A DNA stretch of 64,000 bases. Origin: Chiloscyllium plagiosum. Its lineage: Eukaryota. The stretch covers positions 20,224,140 through 20,288,139 of the forward strand of contig NC_057712.1 of NCBI RefSeq assembly GCF_004010195.1, in the 5' to 3' direction. Positions 25,173 to 38,822 of the stretch are shown here, one piece after another. Under the pieces are notes generated by a model, which was not told the origin of the DNA, made no database searches, and saw only the letters and a list, made by a program, of their open reading frames with translations. Numbering within the stretch: the stretch's first letter is position 1; every line of letters begins with the position of its first letter. Both the position numbers and the translations under genes were made by a program.

Positions 25173-26727
25173 ACAGTTGGAGTAAAAATGTAGTTGGAGA
25201 TGGTTATTGCCTGCTACGTAAGCAGTGGAAACGTTACTTGCTGTTTATTAGCCCAAATTTGAATGTTGTCCATGTCTTGCTGCTTTGAAACACAAACTGT
25301 TTCAGTATGTGGAAAATTTCAAACTGTATTGAATACTCTGCAATTATCAGCAAACATTGCCATTTCTGATCTTTTGGTGCAGGGACGATCATTAATGAAG
25401 CTGAAGATTTTTGGGCTTGGGAGACTATCCTTGTTACTAGATCCCAGATGAGTCCCTAATTATGATCAGACCCTGGGTGAAATTTCCCAAATTATCATTA
25501 TTCTAGATGGGATACCCCAAATTATTAAGTTCTTGGGTGAGGAGTGATGTACTGGCTTCCCTTCTTTATTCACCTGTCTCCTCAGTTGACTGTAACAAGG
25601 TTGATTTACAAAGGCTGCCCTTTCTCCCAGACTGAAAAGGAGCCAGATTAATCATAAATTTGAAAAACTGTGTTTATTCGATCCTCCTAGATGCAAGAAA
25701 AAAATCATAATGCAACATCCATTCACACAGATTCGAATGGATGAGTAAGTCCAAAACAGACACTTAAAAGATCAGTCCCTGTGTCATTTGTGAAGAATTT
25801 ATCGTGGAACATTAATAGTCAAGTAGTCAATTTTGGGATTCTTGGCTTTGCAGTTTAGTTGAAACCCTTTTGTCCTGTTTCATTTTGATAGTGGCTACAC
25901 TTAGCGTGAGACAATCCATTTCTTGTCCTGTTTCCTTTTGACTGGCTTGTTAATCAACAGACTTCTAGGAGTCTGAGAGGGAAAATGACTTACCTGCAAT
26001 TGAGGGATGCCTAATGAGTGGTTTTTCAAATGTGACCTTCACAGTGCACTAGCATTCAAACCAGACTCCTGCACAAGAGTACCTCAGCCCACAAGGATAC
26101 CTTTTTCCACTAGCACACATGTTCTTGTTAATTTTTGAAAGGGGAGAAATTGAAATGTCTTTCACCCAGTCTACAGGTATTATTAGTTTGAGACAATTTC
26201 CAGGATGTTATGGTTCAGTTTGTAATGCATTTCTCCCTTTTCTCCCATCTCTTTTGAAGCTGCTTTCACACTTGACCAAGAGTGACATTCCAGGAGCTTT
26301 GCAGATAACCACTGAATTTACAACTGTAGTCCTTTGACTGTAGTAGTCCTCTTTTAAAAAGGTATATGCTGGAATTAAAAGTTTGCTTTGTCCATAAATG
26401 ATCTAGGGTTATGATCTATGCTTATGAGACTGAGACTTATAATCACTGTGAGATCTATGACACCAACCAGTGGAGAGTTTTCCTCAAGTCAAATTGACTT
26501 CGAATTTGTTAGGATTCTTTGATGCCAAAATCAATCAAATACATGTGTAGGCAAGGGCAATCACTCTCCTTTGGAACCTTGCTCTTTCCAGAATTGCAAA
26601 GGGTACAGTGCTATCTACAGCAGATAGACATTGATGATCTTTGTGGTTTTGGAACTGTCTTGATGTTGACTCTTAACAGGAGTTGATATGAAAAAAATCA
26701 AAGACTAGAAGTTCTTCTCTGTTTTCA

Positions 26728-26940
26728 AGGAGAAAGTGAGGTCTGCAGATGCTGGAGATCAAAGTTGAAACTTTATTGCTGGAACAGCACAGCAGGTCAG
26801 GCAACATCCAGGGAACAGGAGATTCGACGTTTCGGGCACAGGCCCTTCTTCAGGAAGGGCCTGTGCCCGAAACGTCGAATCTCCTGTTCCCTGGATGCTG
26901 CCTGACCTGCTGTGCTGTTCCAGCAATAAAGTTTCAACTT
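26728..26940. mobile_element. Palindromic Penelope-like short element (family A) with an intact minus-strand hammerhead core
   Basis: Near-perfect inverted arms of about 87 bp centred at about 26850; TSD (CTT)CTCTGTTTTCA at 26714-26727 / 26938-26951. Confidence 0.85.
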
Positions 26941-29656
26941 CTCTGTTTTCACCCCAGTCGTTTGCAATCTGAATTCAAAATAAATATTTAGCCTTAAGGA
27001 TCTTGTGTGCCAGTACAATATACCCCAAAATCTCAATCCCTCTGACCATACTCTGAGCATTAAATACTCTGATAAAACAAGTCATTTGGCTCAACTCATC
27101 GATACCAATGTGTACACTCCATGTGATCCAACATCACCCTAAGGATCACTCCTTAACCTTCACTTTTCTATAGGTCCCACTCACAAAGTACACTACACTT
27201 GCTTAGGGGACGTCTTCAAAGTGCAGCAGGAAACCCAAGTTATTGTTATGGTGTTTTATTGAAGTTTTGAATACATATTGAGATTTGCACTGCACTTTTT
27301 GTTTCTACGAATGCATTTTGAATCACATTAGTATAATTCACATTAAAGGATGCATAGTTTCCTCAAAATGCATGTTCTTAATAATGGAATGGTGCAGGTT
27401 AGATGGGATCAGATAAATTCTGCAGGTCGCGCAACATCGAGGGCCGAAGGGCCTGTATTGCACTGTAAAGTTCTAAATTAATGTTATGCCTAATGCACAC
27501 CTGTGGAGAAAATTCAAGCTTATCTTGCTCAAGGATTACTTAGGATTCCCAGTATATCTAGCAAGGTGAAGGAAACATTAAAATAAAAGCATACGCTAAA
27601 ATTGGAAGCAGAATGCTGGAACCACTTGGCTCTAAGGTAAGTTTATGTTCTCTTGCTTCTTTGCCATGATTTCATTGAGACTATTTTCAGTGTATAGTTC
27701 TATGACTCACGTTACAATAATACATTGGAAATGTACTTAATATTAAATAAATAAAAAGACAAGTGTTGCCTTATTGGAAAATAAATTTACGCAAAACAAC
27801 ATTGAATACAAATGTCGGCATTACACACTTTTTCACTTTATTCAAACTTTTTAAGTTATTAATTGATACAAAACATTGCAAGTTGATGCCAGCATTATTT
27901 ACACAAAATAACATATACTTAAATGGTATTGCACTGAATGTTGCATAAGTTATATACAATTAAAAATTACGAACTCTTACACTTAACTAAACATCAGAGC
28001 TTAGCATGTGTTTGTGAGGAAATCTATTTGGACTGAGATTAGTTTTAATAATGTAGTAAAATAGATGACAAGTTTCAGTATAAGGCTAGGTGGTCACAAT
28101 GAATAATTATAGAGGCAGATGGGGAAATTAATAGAAGTTGCTTAGTAAAGAGTGAAAGAGTTGGATGGAAAAGCAAAGTAAACTATTTTGATTAGAGAGC
28201 ATTGAAAAGGGGTAAACAAATACTGTAAGGGGCAAAATGACCATTAAAAAAAGGAGGAAGAGAAAAATTAGCAACAGCTAAGACAAACAAACCAATGAGT
28301 AAGTGAAACTAAGACCAAAAGGTAATGTTTTATTCTTTCAGGGTGTGATTGGTTCTAACCTAAAATAAAAATGTCAGTGAAAGTGCATCATTGAAAGTTA
28401 GAGATAATTTGAGAGGAGTTGTATGGTACTCCACAGGAGACAAAGGCAGGTGAATATAAAAGAAAATAAGAGGAAAGATATAAACTTCTGTTAATTGTCT
28501 TTTTGGTTAAACATTTTGCTTCGTATCAAGTTGGTTAGTAATAAATTAAATATCAGCTCCTCTTATTTTGCACTGCCAAGATTGGAAATAAACCACTGTT
28601 TTCTGTGTTTGCTGTAACACATAAATGTTTTCTGCAATTGCTGCCTATTATCAGAATGTCACAGAAATGGAAATAGAATCTTGTAGAAACTGGAATTGTG
28701 AGGCTGTATAGTGCCTTAAGCAAAAAATGTAAACCATTGTTGAAACAGTAACTTCTGTGACATAAATAAATGAAGATGAAATTCTGATAAATTCTGACAA
28801 GTGAGATATTTCTATTCAAAAAGTAAACAATATTAAAGTGAATATTCACTCCGAACTGACATAACAGACTATGAATACTTTGAAGTATTGTACGTCGTGT
28901 ATGTATTACAATTCAAACATTCATTAATGAAAGCGTTTTAAAAACGGTGAAGTAAAAAATTAGTTTTCCATGTTAATCATAAATCCAATGTTGATCATGT
29001 AAAGTAAAAATCAATATTTGATCTTTTGTGTCAAAAAATAGAATATTGAACAGTATAGCACATGAACAGGCCCTTTAGCCCACCATGTCTGTACTGACCA
29101 TGATGCTGTTCTAAAGTAATACTGTCTGCCTACACACAGTTTGTACCGCCTCCCCCAAAGAAAATTCCCTAATATCTATTTCTTTAGCCAATTATTTTAA
29201 ATCTGTGCTCTCTTCCTGATCATTTCACAAGTGGGTACAGTTTCTTCAGAGCCATCATGCATTATACCAGAGTGCACTGTACTTGGGGCCTACTGAGGAG
29301 CTCCTGCAACAATTGCCAGGGTCTGTAATGATTGACCTCCAGGAATCACGATTCCTTTGTGCCAAGTATGAGTTCAACCAATGGAGAACTCTGTTCCTCT
29401 AATTTTTGCTGCCAGTGTGCAACCTCTGAGGTTCATCCACAGCAGCAACTTCCAGAAAGCAGAAGTCAATGAGAGACTTTTGAACATTTTTCAAAAAAAT
29501 TGAGTCATTACTGTTATATTTTCATCGGTCATATTGTAACCTGTTTGAATCAAGTAAAAACACCAACCATTCAAAATACACCCAGCCTCCCAAAATTTAC
29601 CTGTCCATAATGCAACTGGTAATTATTTTTACATGCGGTAATGCATGTCAACAATG

Positions 29657-29662
29657 TTTATT
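29657..29662 (-). terminator. RSAD2: Candidate poly(A) signal for RSAD2
   Basis: AATAAA on the minus strand about 300 nt after the stop codon. Confidence 0.5.
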
Positions 29663-29957
29663 TTCTGGGTGCATCAAATCTTTTCTTAAACTCTAGCGTT
29701 GCAGCTTCACGTTACAATTCAGCCGATAAAAATCTTTCAGGTATGTGAATTGTATGGACATCGCATTGAATGCCAGATTATTTTCAATTGTTAATATCAT
29801 CCTAAATACTGCACTGTTTGTTTTAAGAAAAGAATTACAATGCTGACAGCTGAGGACAATAATACTTTGACAGGGTTCAAAGTCATTTTCTGAATCCATA
29901 AAATGTGTATTGCTTGAATATTTCATAATTGAGACAGGCAAGAATATAGAGCAACAG

Positions 29958-30122
29958 TTACCATTCCAAACGCATATCTGCTTTGCTCCATGTGTATTTA
30001 CCTCCACGTTTAAAAAACATTTTCTCATCAAACCCACTAAATTTAATTGCATTCTCGACACCTACATCCAAAATAGATTTTGATGGATCTTTTCTGCCTT
30101 GGGTACAATCTAGGAAGCGCAT
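29958..30122 (-). CDS. RSAD2: Viperin coding exon 6 (with stop)
   Basis: [54 protein letters not shown], ending in the conserved Trp. Acceptor TTTTTCAG|. Joined CDS is 1044 nt = 347 aa + stop. Confidence 0.97.
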   Translation of the reverse strand: MRFLDCTQGRKDPSKSILDVGVENAIKFSGFDEKMFFKRGGKYTWSKADMRLEW

Positions 30123-31807
30123 CTGAAAAATATTTACATGAAGATAAAAATGATGAATCATAAAATTCTTCAATAAACTATACAGTACACATCATCTCTA
30201 AGGTATGTTGGTTACTTCACCATTGAGGTACATGCATTGTTCATTCCAGAGATGATAGTCTGGGCATTTCGGACATTGCCTGTTTTATATCACTGCTGAA
30301 CTAGGTTCCAGTGAATGGGTGCCACTGCTTTTGTTCCTCCAACAAGTAAAAACTGTGAAATTATTAGTTTTCACAATTTATTTTGAAACAACATCAAATT
30401 TTAAGATGCCCCAATTTGTTCAATTGTGTATGTGTGCATACATTATTTGCCCGGTTCTCAATGAATTTATTGTGTTCTGAAAATATGAATAAATTTCAAG
30501 ACGTTTCTATATTTGGAGAGTTGGCAGAAAACCCAGTCAGATATGGTCTGTACAAGGACATTGGTGTAAAATTTTGCAATATTGAGTCTTTATTTGCATA
30601 TCTGGAAACTGATATACAAGCAAAGTAATTGAGCTTCATTGTGATGTCATATGTACAGGATCATGATAGTATTATTTCATTGCAATGTGACAACACAAAT
30701 GCATACAAAGAACCTAGGACTACAATGCTTCTGGTTCTCAGATACTAAACCAGTCTAAATGCAGCAAGACCTGGATAACTGTGAAGTCATTCATTTTAGA
30801 AGACAGCACTGGTTATTTCCTAACTATTATTGTACGCCTCTTGGAGTATGTGGGACCTGAACCCTGGCCTCCTAGCCTACAGATAAGAACATTACCACTT
30901 CACTACAAGGGTCATGAAGGTAACATCATCATATGGCTTCTCCCTCTAAAGAGAGAGGAGTGAGAGACAACTGGTGGTGGTTTAACCTGAGGGTTATGAT
31001 ACTTTAGATGGAGAGCACGTTTGCGAAGGTGGGTGCATCATGGTAAACTCAGCTGGTACAGAAATTGAAGCCACACTATTAGTGTCACTCTACGTCACAA
31101 ATCAGCCTTCCAGCCAATTGAGCTAACCAAGCCAAAATGCAAGTCAAGCAAACAGTATTGCATGGCTGAAGCACGCATGAACCACAACTGTTCAGGCAGG
31201 CACCTCACTACCACTTCCTCAAGGGCAATTACAGAACAGTAATAAATACCTAGTCAATGACATCTAAATTCTGTAACTGCATGACAAAACGTAGTGCATA
31301 TAAAATGTCAGTACTACAGATTCTGCGATCTATTTCAATTTTTCAGTGTCCATGTAACTTTAGAAGGCAATACAAACATTACAATTCTGAATGCAATTTT
31401 GATCTTCAGTTTATCTCTGCCATTTCAACAGTTTTAGTATTTTTCTAGTGCAAACAGAATTTGAAGTATTAGTGAATATTTGTGTTTCATAGATTTGTTA
31501 TGTGTATAATAATGAATATAGTTCTGGGAACAATTCACCTATCATTCTCTCTTCACTAATGTTACCATGTTCCCTCACTTAATTTGCTCACATTTGTCAA
31601 ATGCAGAAATCATCATAAATTAAACATGTTACAGTAGAGGATTAAGTAATCTTCTCTATTTAAAATAAATGATGTTCGCGCAACACTTTTGCATTTGGAA
31701 TTGGCGATCATCCTTTTACTTCCTCTAAATAGATTTCTAGAAATTATTATCCGACACAATCATGCATTACAGAAGGAAATAATTTACTACACAATTGTTT
31801 AGAGAGA

Positions 31808-32121
31808 GATTAGATTACTTACAGTGTGGAAACAGGCCCTTCGGCCCAACAAGCCCACACCGATCCTCCGAAGAGCAACCCAGCCAGACCCATTCCCCTA
31901 CATTTACCCCTTCACCGAACACCACAGGCAATTTAGCATGGTCAATTCACCTAACCTGCACATTTTTGGACCGTGGGAGGAAACCGGAACATCCTGAGCA
32001 AACCCATGCAGATATGGGGAGAATATCCATCTCCACACAGACAGTTGCCTGAGGCAGGAGTTGAACCCGGGTCTCTGGCACTGTGAGGCAGCAGTGCTAA
32101 CCATTGTGTCCCCATGCTGCC
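31808..32121 (-). mobile_element. HE1-type SINE in RSAD2 intron 5
   Basis: Shared motifs with TAATC tail. Confidence 0.85.
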
Positions 32122-32422
32122 CGAATTTCTGTGCTGGTTCTTTGAAACAGCTATCCAGCTAGTCCCATTTCTCTGCTCTTTCCACGTAGTGGTCATGTTT
32201 TAAGTGAATGTCCAATTCTCTTCAGAATATTACTTTGAATTTTCTTCCAGAACCCACTTTAAGTTAGTTTTCTCATAATGTATAGGTTGGGTGAACGTCT
32301 TTGTGTCGTATTAATGTGTCCACTTATATTAGCATTTTAAAAAATGCAAATTATGATACATAGCAATGAAAACTTAACAAGAGAGCATTGTATTCTATTA
32401 GGTTTAATAGTACAGTACTTAC

Positions 32423-32455
32423 ATATTCATCAAGGATGAGATAGGAATCTCGCAT
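32423..32455 (-). CDS. RSAD2: Viperin coding exon 5 (33-nt microexon)
   Basis: MRDSYLILDEY read by hand (not in the ORF track). Acceptor CTACAG|, donor TAT|GTAAGT. Confidence 0.96.
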
Positions 32456-32730
32456 CTGTAGAGAGATCGCAAGCATATATTACGATCTTTTAGTTGTTCA
32501 TAAGATAAGAATTACCAGTTTTTAAAAATAAATTATGTAGGATTATGTACAAAAGTCAAAACCACACCAATGAAACAAATACAGAACTAAAGAACTAACA
32601 GGATTATTAGCAATATTAGTCAGTATTATTAGCAATAGGGTATGTCCTCAGTATGGACAGGTTGTTAGCTACAACCATCAATAGAAATCAACAACAGAAA
32701 AAGTGACAAGCTTTTTCAACAATTCTTAGC

Positions 32731-33260
32731 TTTAGCATAAGTATGCAGATGACACAAAAATAGGTGGTAAAGCAAGTTGCGAGAAAAATGCAAACAGTTT
32801 ACAGAGAGATATTGAAAGATTATGTAATTTGGCAAAGAGTTGGCAAATCTGGGAGAATGTGAAGTTATTCATTTTTGAAGAGAGAACAATGAACAATATT
32901 ATGTAAATGGAGAAAATCTTGGAAAGCTGCAACAGAAAGAGACTGGAGTACTTGTGCACAGAACAGAGAAAACTAGAACACAGGCGCAGCAAGTAATCAG
33001 CAATGCTAATGGAATGTTAGCCCTTATTTCAAGGAGGTTGGAGTATAAGAGTTGGGAAGTCTTACTGCAACTGCATGGGGTACTGGTGAGACCACATTTG
33101 GAGTACAGTGAGCAGTTTTGGTCCCCTTAAAGGAAGATATTGAATCATTGGAGGCAGTTCAGAGAAGGTTTACTCGGATGATCCCAGTACGGAGGTATGA
33201 TAATAAATTTAGGAGAGGACAGATGAGAGGAGGCTTTTGTGTCGGCATAGACTAGTTGGG
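32731..33260 (+). mobile_element. CR1 LINE fragment in RSAD2 intron 4
   Basis: SKYADDTKIGG ... RPHLEY..QFWSP read on the plus strand. Confidence 0.8.
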
Positions 33261-34927
33261 CAAAATATTTCCGTGCCTCATTTATATTAGCAGGTCCACC
33301 ACTGGGCCATCACCAGTCTTCGACCTTGCCCCATATTTTCTTCTACTGAAGCCCTTGATGCTTTTGCCCAGGCTTGCCTGTTCCAATGTATTATCTGGCA
33401 TCTCATATTCCAGCCTTGGAAAGTCAGCAGTCATCAAAATCTGTGCAGTCAGCTTCATAACTTGCACAAAATACAATCCATCCACTGACCTACACTGACT
33501 CACAGTTAAACAGTGTCTGATTTTGAAATTCTTATTTTCCCATTCCTCCATGACTTAGCATGCTCCTATCTCTAACCATGCGATACTCTGGGATAGCTGT
33601 CACACACATAAGACCAAAGAAGCAGAAGTGGGCCATTCTGCCCATCAAGTCAGCTCAACTACTCAATGAGATCACGGCTGATCTGATAACCCACTTCACT
33701 TTTGTACTTTTTTTCCCCATAACCCTTGATTCCCTTACTGATTAAAACTCTGCTGATTTCAACCATGAATATAATTACTGAACCAGCCTTGACAGTCTTC
33801 AGCAGTAAACAATTCCAAAGATTCACTAGCTTATGAGAGAAGAAATTCTGAGAAGGAATTTAGCCCCTGAAGCTTGGTCTGTCATTCAATAAGAAAATGG
33901 CTAATCTGATTTTGACCTCCACTCTGCACTGTCACCCGTCCTGATAACTTTTCACCTCCTTACTTAAAAGGAGTCCATTTAGTTGTGCCTTAAAAATCTT
34001 CCAGGACTCTGCTTCCACTGCCTTTTTCATAAAACCGCAAGCCTCTGAGAAAATTAAAAGAACACCTAAATTGTACAATGCTAAGGTCATAGTCAAGACA
34101 TGGTGAGTTTTGAGTTTCTGCTTTTTAATATGGCACCTAGCTTCTAATACTGACTTTGCAGAAACTCCTTATTTGTTCTGCCTAGGTCATTGGTACTTAC
34201 ATGGAGCACTGCAACTGGATCCTCCTCCAATTACAAATTCTTGTCCAGTCTCAAGCAGATGTCCTGAACCCTAGCACTGGGCAGGAAATGCAGCTCGATT
34301 CATAGGTTTGCTGCAGAAAACATGTAACCCACCTCTACCTAACATCTCTCATACCATAACTGCTTACCTTTAATTCTAACCTCTTGAGCATCCATGATTT
34401 TAATATATCATTGATGACTGTACCTTTAGCTACACAAGCACTAAGCTCTGGAATTTGCCCCTGAAATTTCTCTGTCACTCTACTTTCATTCTTGGAGCAT
34501 CACTTAAAACCCATCTATTTGACTAAGTATATGGTTATCTGTCCCAATCTCACCCTTTGTATGCCTGTGTTATGTATGGTTTACATTGCTGCTGTGAACC
34601 TGTATGGTGTGCTTTATCATGTTAAGGGTGATACAAGTTCTTAATGTGTTTCTTTGTGTTTATTTGAATTCACAGAAGTATGCAGTCAGACCTTCAAACT
34701 TAGAGATGCATTTTTCTTGACAGTATAGTGATGGACTTGGGTCCCAGATGTGACTGCAGCTGTCACATCCTGCAACATGCTGACTGGTAACTGACAGTAG
34801 TGAAGACAAAAGCTAAATCTGTGACAGCAGATGTGTTGAAATGAATAATTTTCACATAGAATGGAATCTGATCATAAAGGAAAACCGAAGCAGCTTCCCT
34901 CATGTAAGTCTGCTGCTCAAGTGATAT

Positions 34928-35223
34928 GATTACATTACTTACAGTGTGGAAACAGGCCCTTCGGCCCAACAAGTCCACACAGACACTCCGAACAGAACCC
35001 ACCCAGACCCATTCCCCTATATTTACCCCTTCACCTAACAGTACGGGCAATTTAGCACAGCCAATTCACCTAACCTGCACATTTTTGGACTGTGGGAGGA
35101 AACCGGAGGAAACCCATGCAGACACAGGGAGAATGTGCAAACGCCACACAGACAGTTGCCTGGGGCAAGAATTGAACCCGGGTCTCTAGCGCTGTGAGGC
35201 AGCAGTGCTAGCCACTGTGCCAC
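34928..35223 (-). mobile_element. HE1-type SINE in RSAD2 intron 4
   Basis: Shared motifs; head lies about 50 nt from the exon 4 donor. Confidence 0.85.
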
Positions 35224-35270
35224 TCACAAATATATATACATGATTCAGTGTCTATTCCCACATATCTCAC

Positions 35271-35420
35271 CTTCTCATTAGATTCAGGCACAAGGCACTT
35301 GATCTCCTTATGTCTATCCAAAAATCTCTGAAAGTCTTTACTGCTGATAACAAATGTTTCTGCATGTCTCAGAGCTTCTTCTCCAGCATTTTCCCCTTCA
35401 ATCAACAAACATTGGAATAC
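35271..35420 (-). CDS. RSAD2: Viperin coding exon 4 (150 nt)
   Basis: [50 protein letters not shown]. Acceptor ATAG|, donor AAG|GTGAGA. Confidence 0.97.
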
Positions 35421-36867
35421 CTATTTTGAAGAAAATAATTTTAATACTCAAAATACTATACTTGCTATCACAATCATACCTACTCATGTTGTCCAGTTAC
35501 CTGAGAGATCATGCATTTATGCATAATGTATTTTTTAATCGTACTTCCCATGCCAGCTCTTCATGAGGCTGAACTGAGTAAAACTACCTTAATATTGTCA
35601 GTTAGTGATACATTATGAGTGTATGCCGCTGTGCACTTGAATCCAAGATTTAATCCAAAATTGACAAAAAACAAATTTCACACACTTTCATCCTTACAGC
35701 CACAGAGAAAGAGAAATGCCGAAATGCATTCAATCATTTTCAGCAGGACTTGAAAAGACTCAGAAGCAGAAGGAGAATGCAGTGAACCATCCGCCACAAT
35801 ATTATCACCACAATTCAGCATTATCATTCAGAGCACATTGAGGCTAGGATGTACTTATCATTCAGCATTTGATGTTTCCATGATCACCCCCCGCCCCGCC
35901 CGCCACAGCTGACTGCAGAATCTTCTGAAATGACCTATGCCTTGCCATTTTGGTTCAAAATGTATATATTATATGGTGCAGATTTCCATAAAAGCACAAT
36001 AACGTTAATTCTAAGTGAAAGCTTGTTTCCCTTGCTGGTTTCATGAGTTTTTTTTTACTTTTAATAAAATATTTACACATTCTCATTGCTCGATTGGGGA
36101 AACTACCCAAAAATAGACCTCCAGAATGATCACCACTAAATAAACAGAGCACAGCTCAAATTCTAAGACTTGAAGTAACTAGTTTTTCACAAAGCCACTA
36201 ATATTCAAACCTACAATGGAGACAATCCACGCTGAATACTATGGATATAAATAGCTCCATTCTCCAAAGTTAAGCTAATCACATTACCTATATTAAAGGC
36301 ATATTAATTTAGTTTGAAAATTCCACCCAGTCTTCAGCTGAGACAAGAAGAAATCATAACCAGTTGTAACCAAAATGAATACTTAAGAAGGCTAATTTTT
36401 AAAAAAAGGTCTTTCCAACTGCCATGTTTGTTACTGCGACTAATAAAGACAATTTCAGTTTTGAAAATGAGGTGTACAGAATTCGAAATGCTAACTCAGT
36501 TTGTCTCTCCAAAAGTGTGGCTTGACCTGCTGAGTTTCTCCAGCACTTTTGTAAGCCATTGTTCTGATGGCAGCAATGAGATCATTGTTGCTCTCAGGTG
36601 GTGCTCTATACTTAGTCTACCAGATTAAACAGCTAAGAACTCCCTAGAAAGCTGATAGACATATACTGTCAAGACATGTATACAAATAGTTTTTCCAAAT
36701 GTCAAGTGAGCAGAAACAGTGCCTTTGTCTGCTAGTTTAGGATTTTGGGCCAGTCAAAATAGCAATTTTCTCCAGCACAGTCACATTTGAGTTCTTTCCC
36801 TTATCCTCCATGTTCCTACAAATGGTTATAGTTTAGAATAAGAGGGAAGGTGAAGTAACTGAATTAC

Positions 36868-37097
36868 CTTCCACCTTATTGGATTTATCATCCTGATTTG
36901 TTCATTCATATCCTCATGAACATTGAATCTGTTGATGACAGAGTTGATTTTAAAAGCCACTTGGTAATCTTTGCACCAATTTCTGACTTTGAGGAGGTTC
37001 TCGATGTGATTTTTGGTCCCCTGCCCACGGCCAATGAGACGATTGGTGTCCTCTTCAAAACTGTCACATGAAATAGCCAAAATGTCCAGATCCTTAC
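36868..37097 (-). CDS. RSAD2: Viperin coding exon 3 (230 nt)
   Basis: (G)[26 protein letters not shown]...[31 protein letters not shown]. Acceptor TTACAG|, donor AAG|GTAATT. Confidence 0.97.
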
Positions 37098-37448
37098 CTG
37101 TAACATTAATGTTTTATGTTAAATAGTGAGCTCCAGTTATAGTTTAACTGATTAATAACAGTTGTAAATTTTGCGTGCAGCATAACTGTTTAGAAAAAAA
37201 CTACCTGGCATTATGTTGCAAAAAAGATTCTTCGGGACTGTACAATTTTTGCACTGCCATCAAACTGATTGGGAATTTTATTTAGTTTAGACAAGGTTCC
37301 TCATCTATAGTTGGCAGCTCTTTATCTATCTCAGTAAAACTATGAGCCCCCTTAAGTGGGGAATCATTTAGATAGATTCAAAGTTCATTGTATAATATGT
37401 AACAGAGCACTTGGTCTGATATTAATGAATATTTTTATTGGGTTGTAA

Positions 37449-37714
37449 CTGACTGTGTGGAGTTTGCACATTCTCCCCGTGTCTGTGTGGGTTTCCTCCG
37501 GGTGCTCCGGTTTCCTCCCACAGTCCAAAAATGTGCAGGTTAGGTGAATTGGCCATGCTAAATTGCCCATAGGTTTTGGTGAAGGGGTAAATGTAAGGGG
37601 AATGGGTCTGGGTGGGTTGCGCTTCGGTGGGTCGGTGTGGACTTATTGGGCCGAAGGGCCTGTTTCCACATTCTAAGTAATCTAATCTAATCTAATCTAA
37701 TTTAATCTAATCTA
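37449..37714 (+). mobile_element. 5'-truncated HE1-type SINE in RSAD2 intron 2
   Basis: Body plus (TAATC)n tail. Confidence 0.85.
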
Positions 37715-38120
37715 AATGTAGTATAATGAAATTAAGGATTCATTTTCAAACACATTTCAGTTTTCAAACTGTTGAATGAAAGGATTCAAGAAAGACATTT
37801 TGCCCCTAGTTATGTTAACATATCCTTATCAAGTATTCGACCTGAATACATTTTCTCCAGTGTTGAACAAACTAGTATCCTGCTGGGTTTTGTTGTGAGT
37901 TGCCCTTAATACTCAACAAAGAAAATATTAGGTATTGAATGTTACATCCAGTTTCTTAGTCTGTGGCTTAATTACACATCAAACCGAATAATTATGAAAT
38001 GTGCGATATCGCAATATTTCATCTATACATACATATTAGCTTAACTCCTCTCAACAGTGATTAATTAGAATGTTTGGATAGGCACACTCCATTCCCAGAC
38101 CCTGGGTATTGGTATATTAC

Positions 38121-38282
38121 CATAGTTTTTAAACCACTTTTCGGTGATCCGACTCCCATTGCTCACAACGCTGACACTGGCCAGTTTCAACTCCCGCTTA
38201 CAGTACTGAACCAGCTTCCCTAGAAACTCTCCACGATTGACCAGAAAAGGTTCTCCTCCCGAAAAATTAATTTTCTCCATAC
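38121..38282 (-). CDS. RSAD2: Viperin coding exon 2 (162 nt)
   Basis: (G)[53 protein letters not shown], containing the GGEP motif. Acceptor CTAG|, donor G|GTAATA. Confidence 0.97.
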
Positions 38283-38614
38283 CTAGGCAAGAAAGACAAA
38301 TGGAATGGTTTGCATCGAATCATGAGATACCAACAGTTACAGATAGATAATTAACAAAATCTTGCCAAACTTTTGTCGAACAGCATATTTAGAAAATAGG
38401 AATCAGATTTCAGAACATAAACAATATGGTTAAAGTATATGGGCACTGAAGGAATTTCTGTCAATTTGCCTCTGGAAATGTGGTAAGATCACTGACTTGG
38501 TTTATTAATATTATTAATTGGTCTACATAACTATGAGATACTTAACATAGTCAGAAAGATTCATTTTTGTGAGCCTCCCAGTTCAGTAGCTAAACAAAAC
38601 AAAATGGAAATTTA

Positions 38615-38822
38615 AAATAAAACAAAAAGAACTGAGTTTTGCTGGAGATCTGAAATAAAAACAGAAATTGCTGGAGAAACTCAGCAGGTTTGGCAGCATC
38701 CATGGAAAGAGAAACAAAGTTAAAGTTTTGACCTAAGGGCTATTGGACTCCAAACGCTAACACTGTCTTCTCTCCACTGATGCAACTTGACCTGTTGATC
38801 TTCTCCAGCACTTCCTTTTTTG
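38615..38822. mobile_element. Degenerate palindromic family-C element in RSAD2 intron 1
   Basis: GCTGGAGAAACTCAGCAGGTTTGGCAGCATC inverted against GATGCAACTTGACCTGTTGATCTTCTCCAGC. Confidence 0.6.

Noticed and set aside
25432-26415. Possible LTR-like segment (similar impressions at 5327-6899 and 53455-53870)
   Set aside because: TG starts and minus-strand AATAAA are present, but no clear CA end or TSD could be defined, so they were not called.
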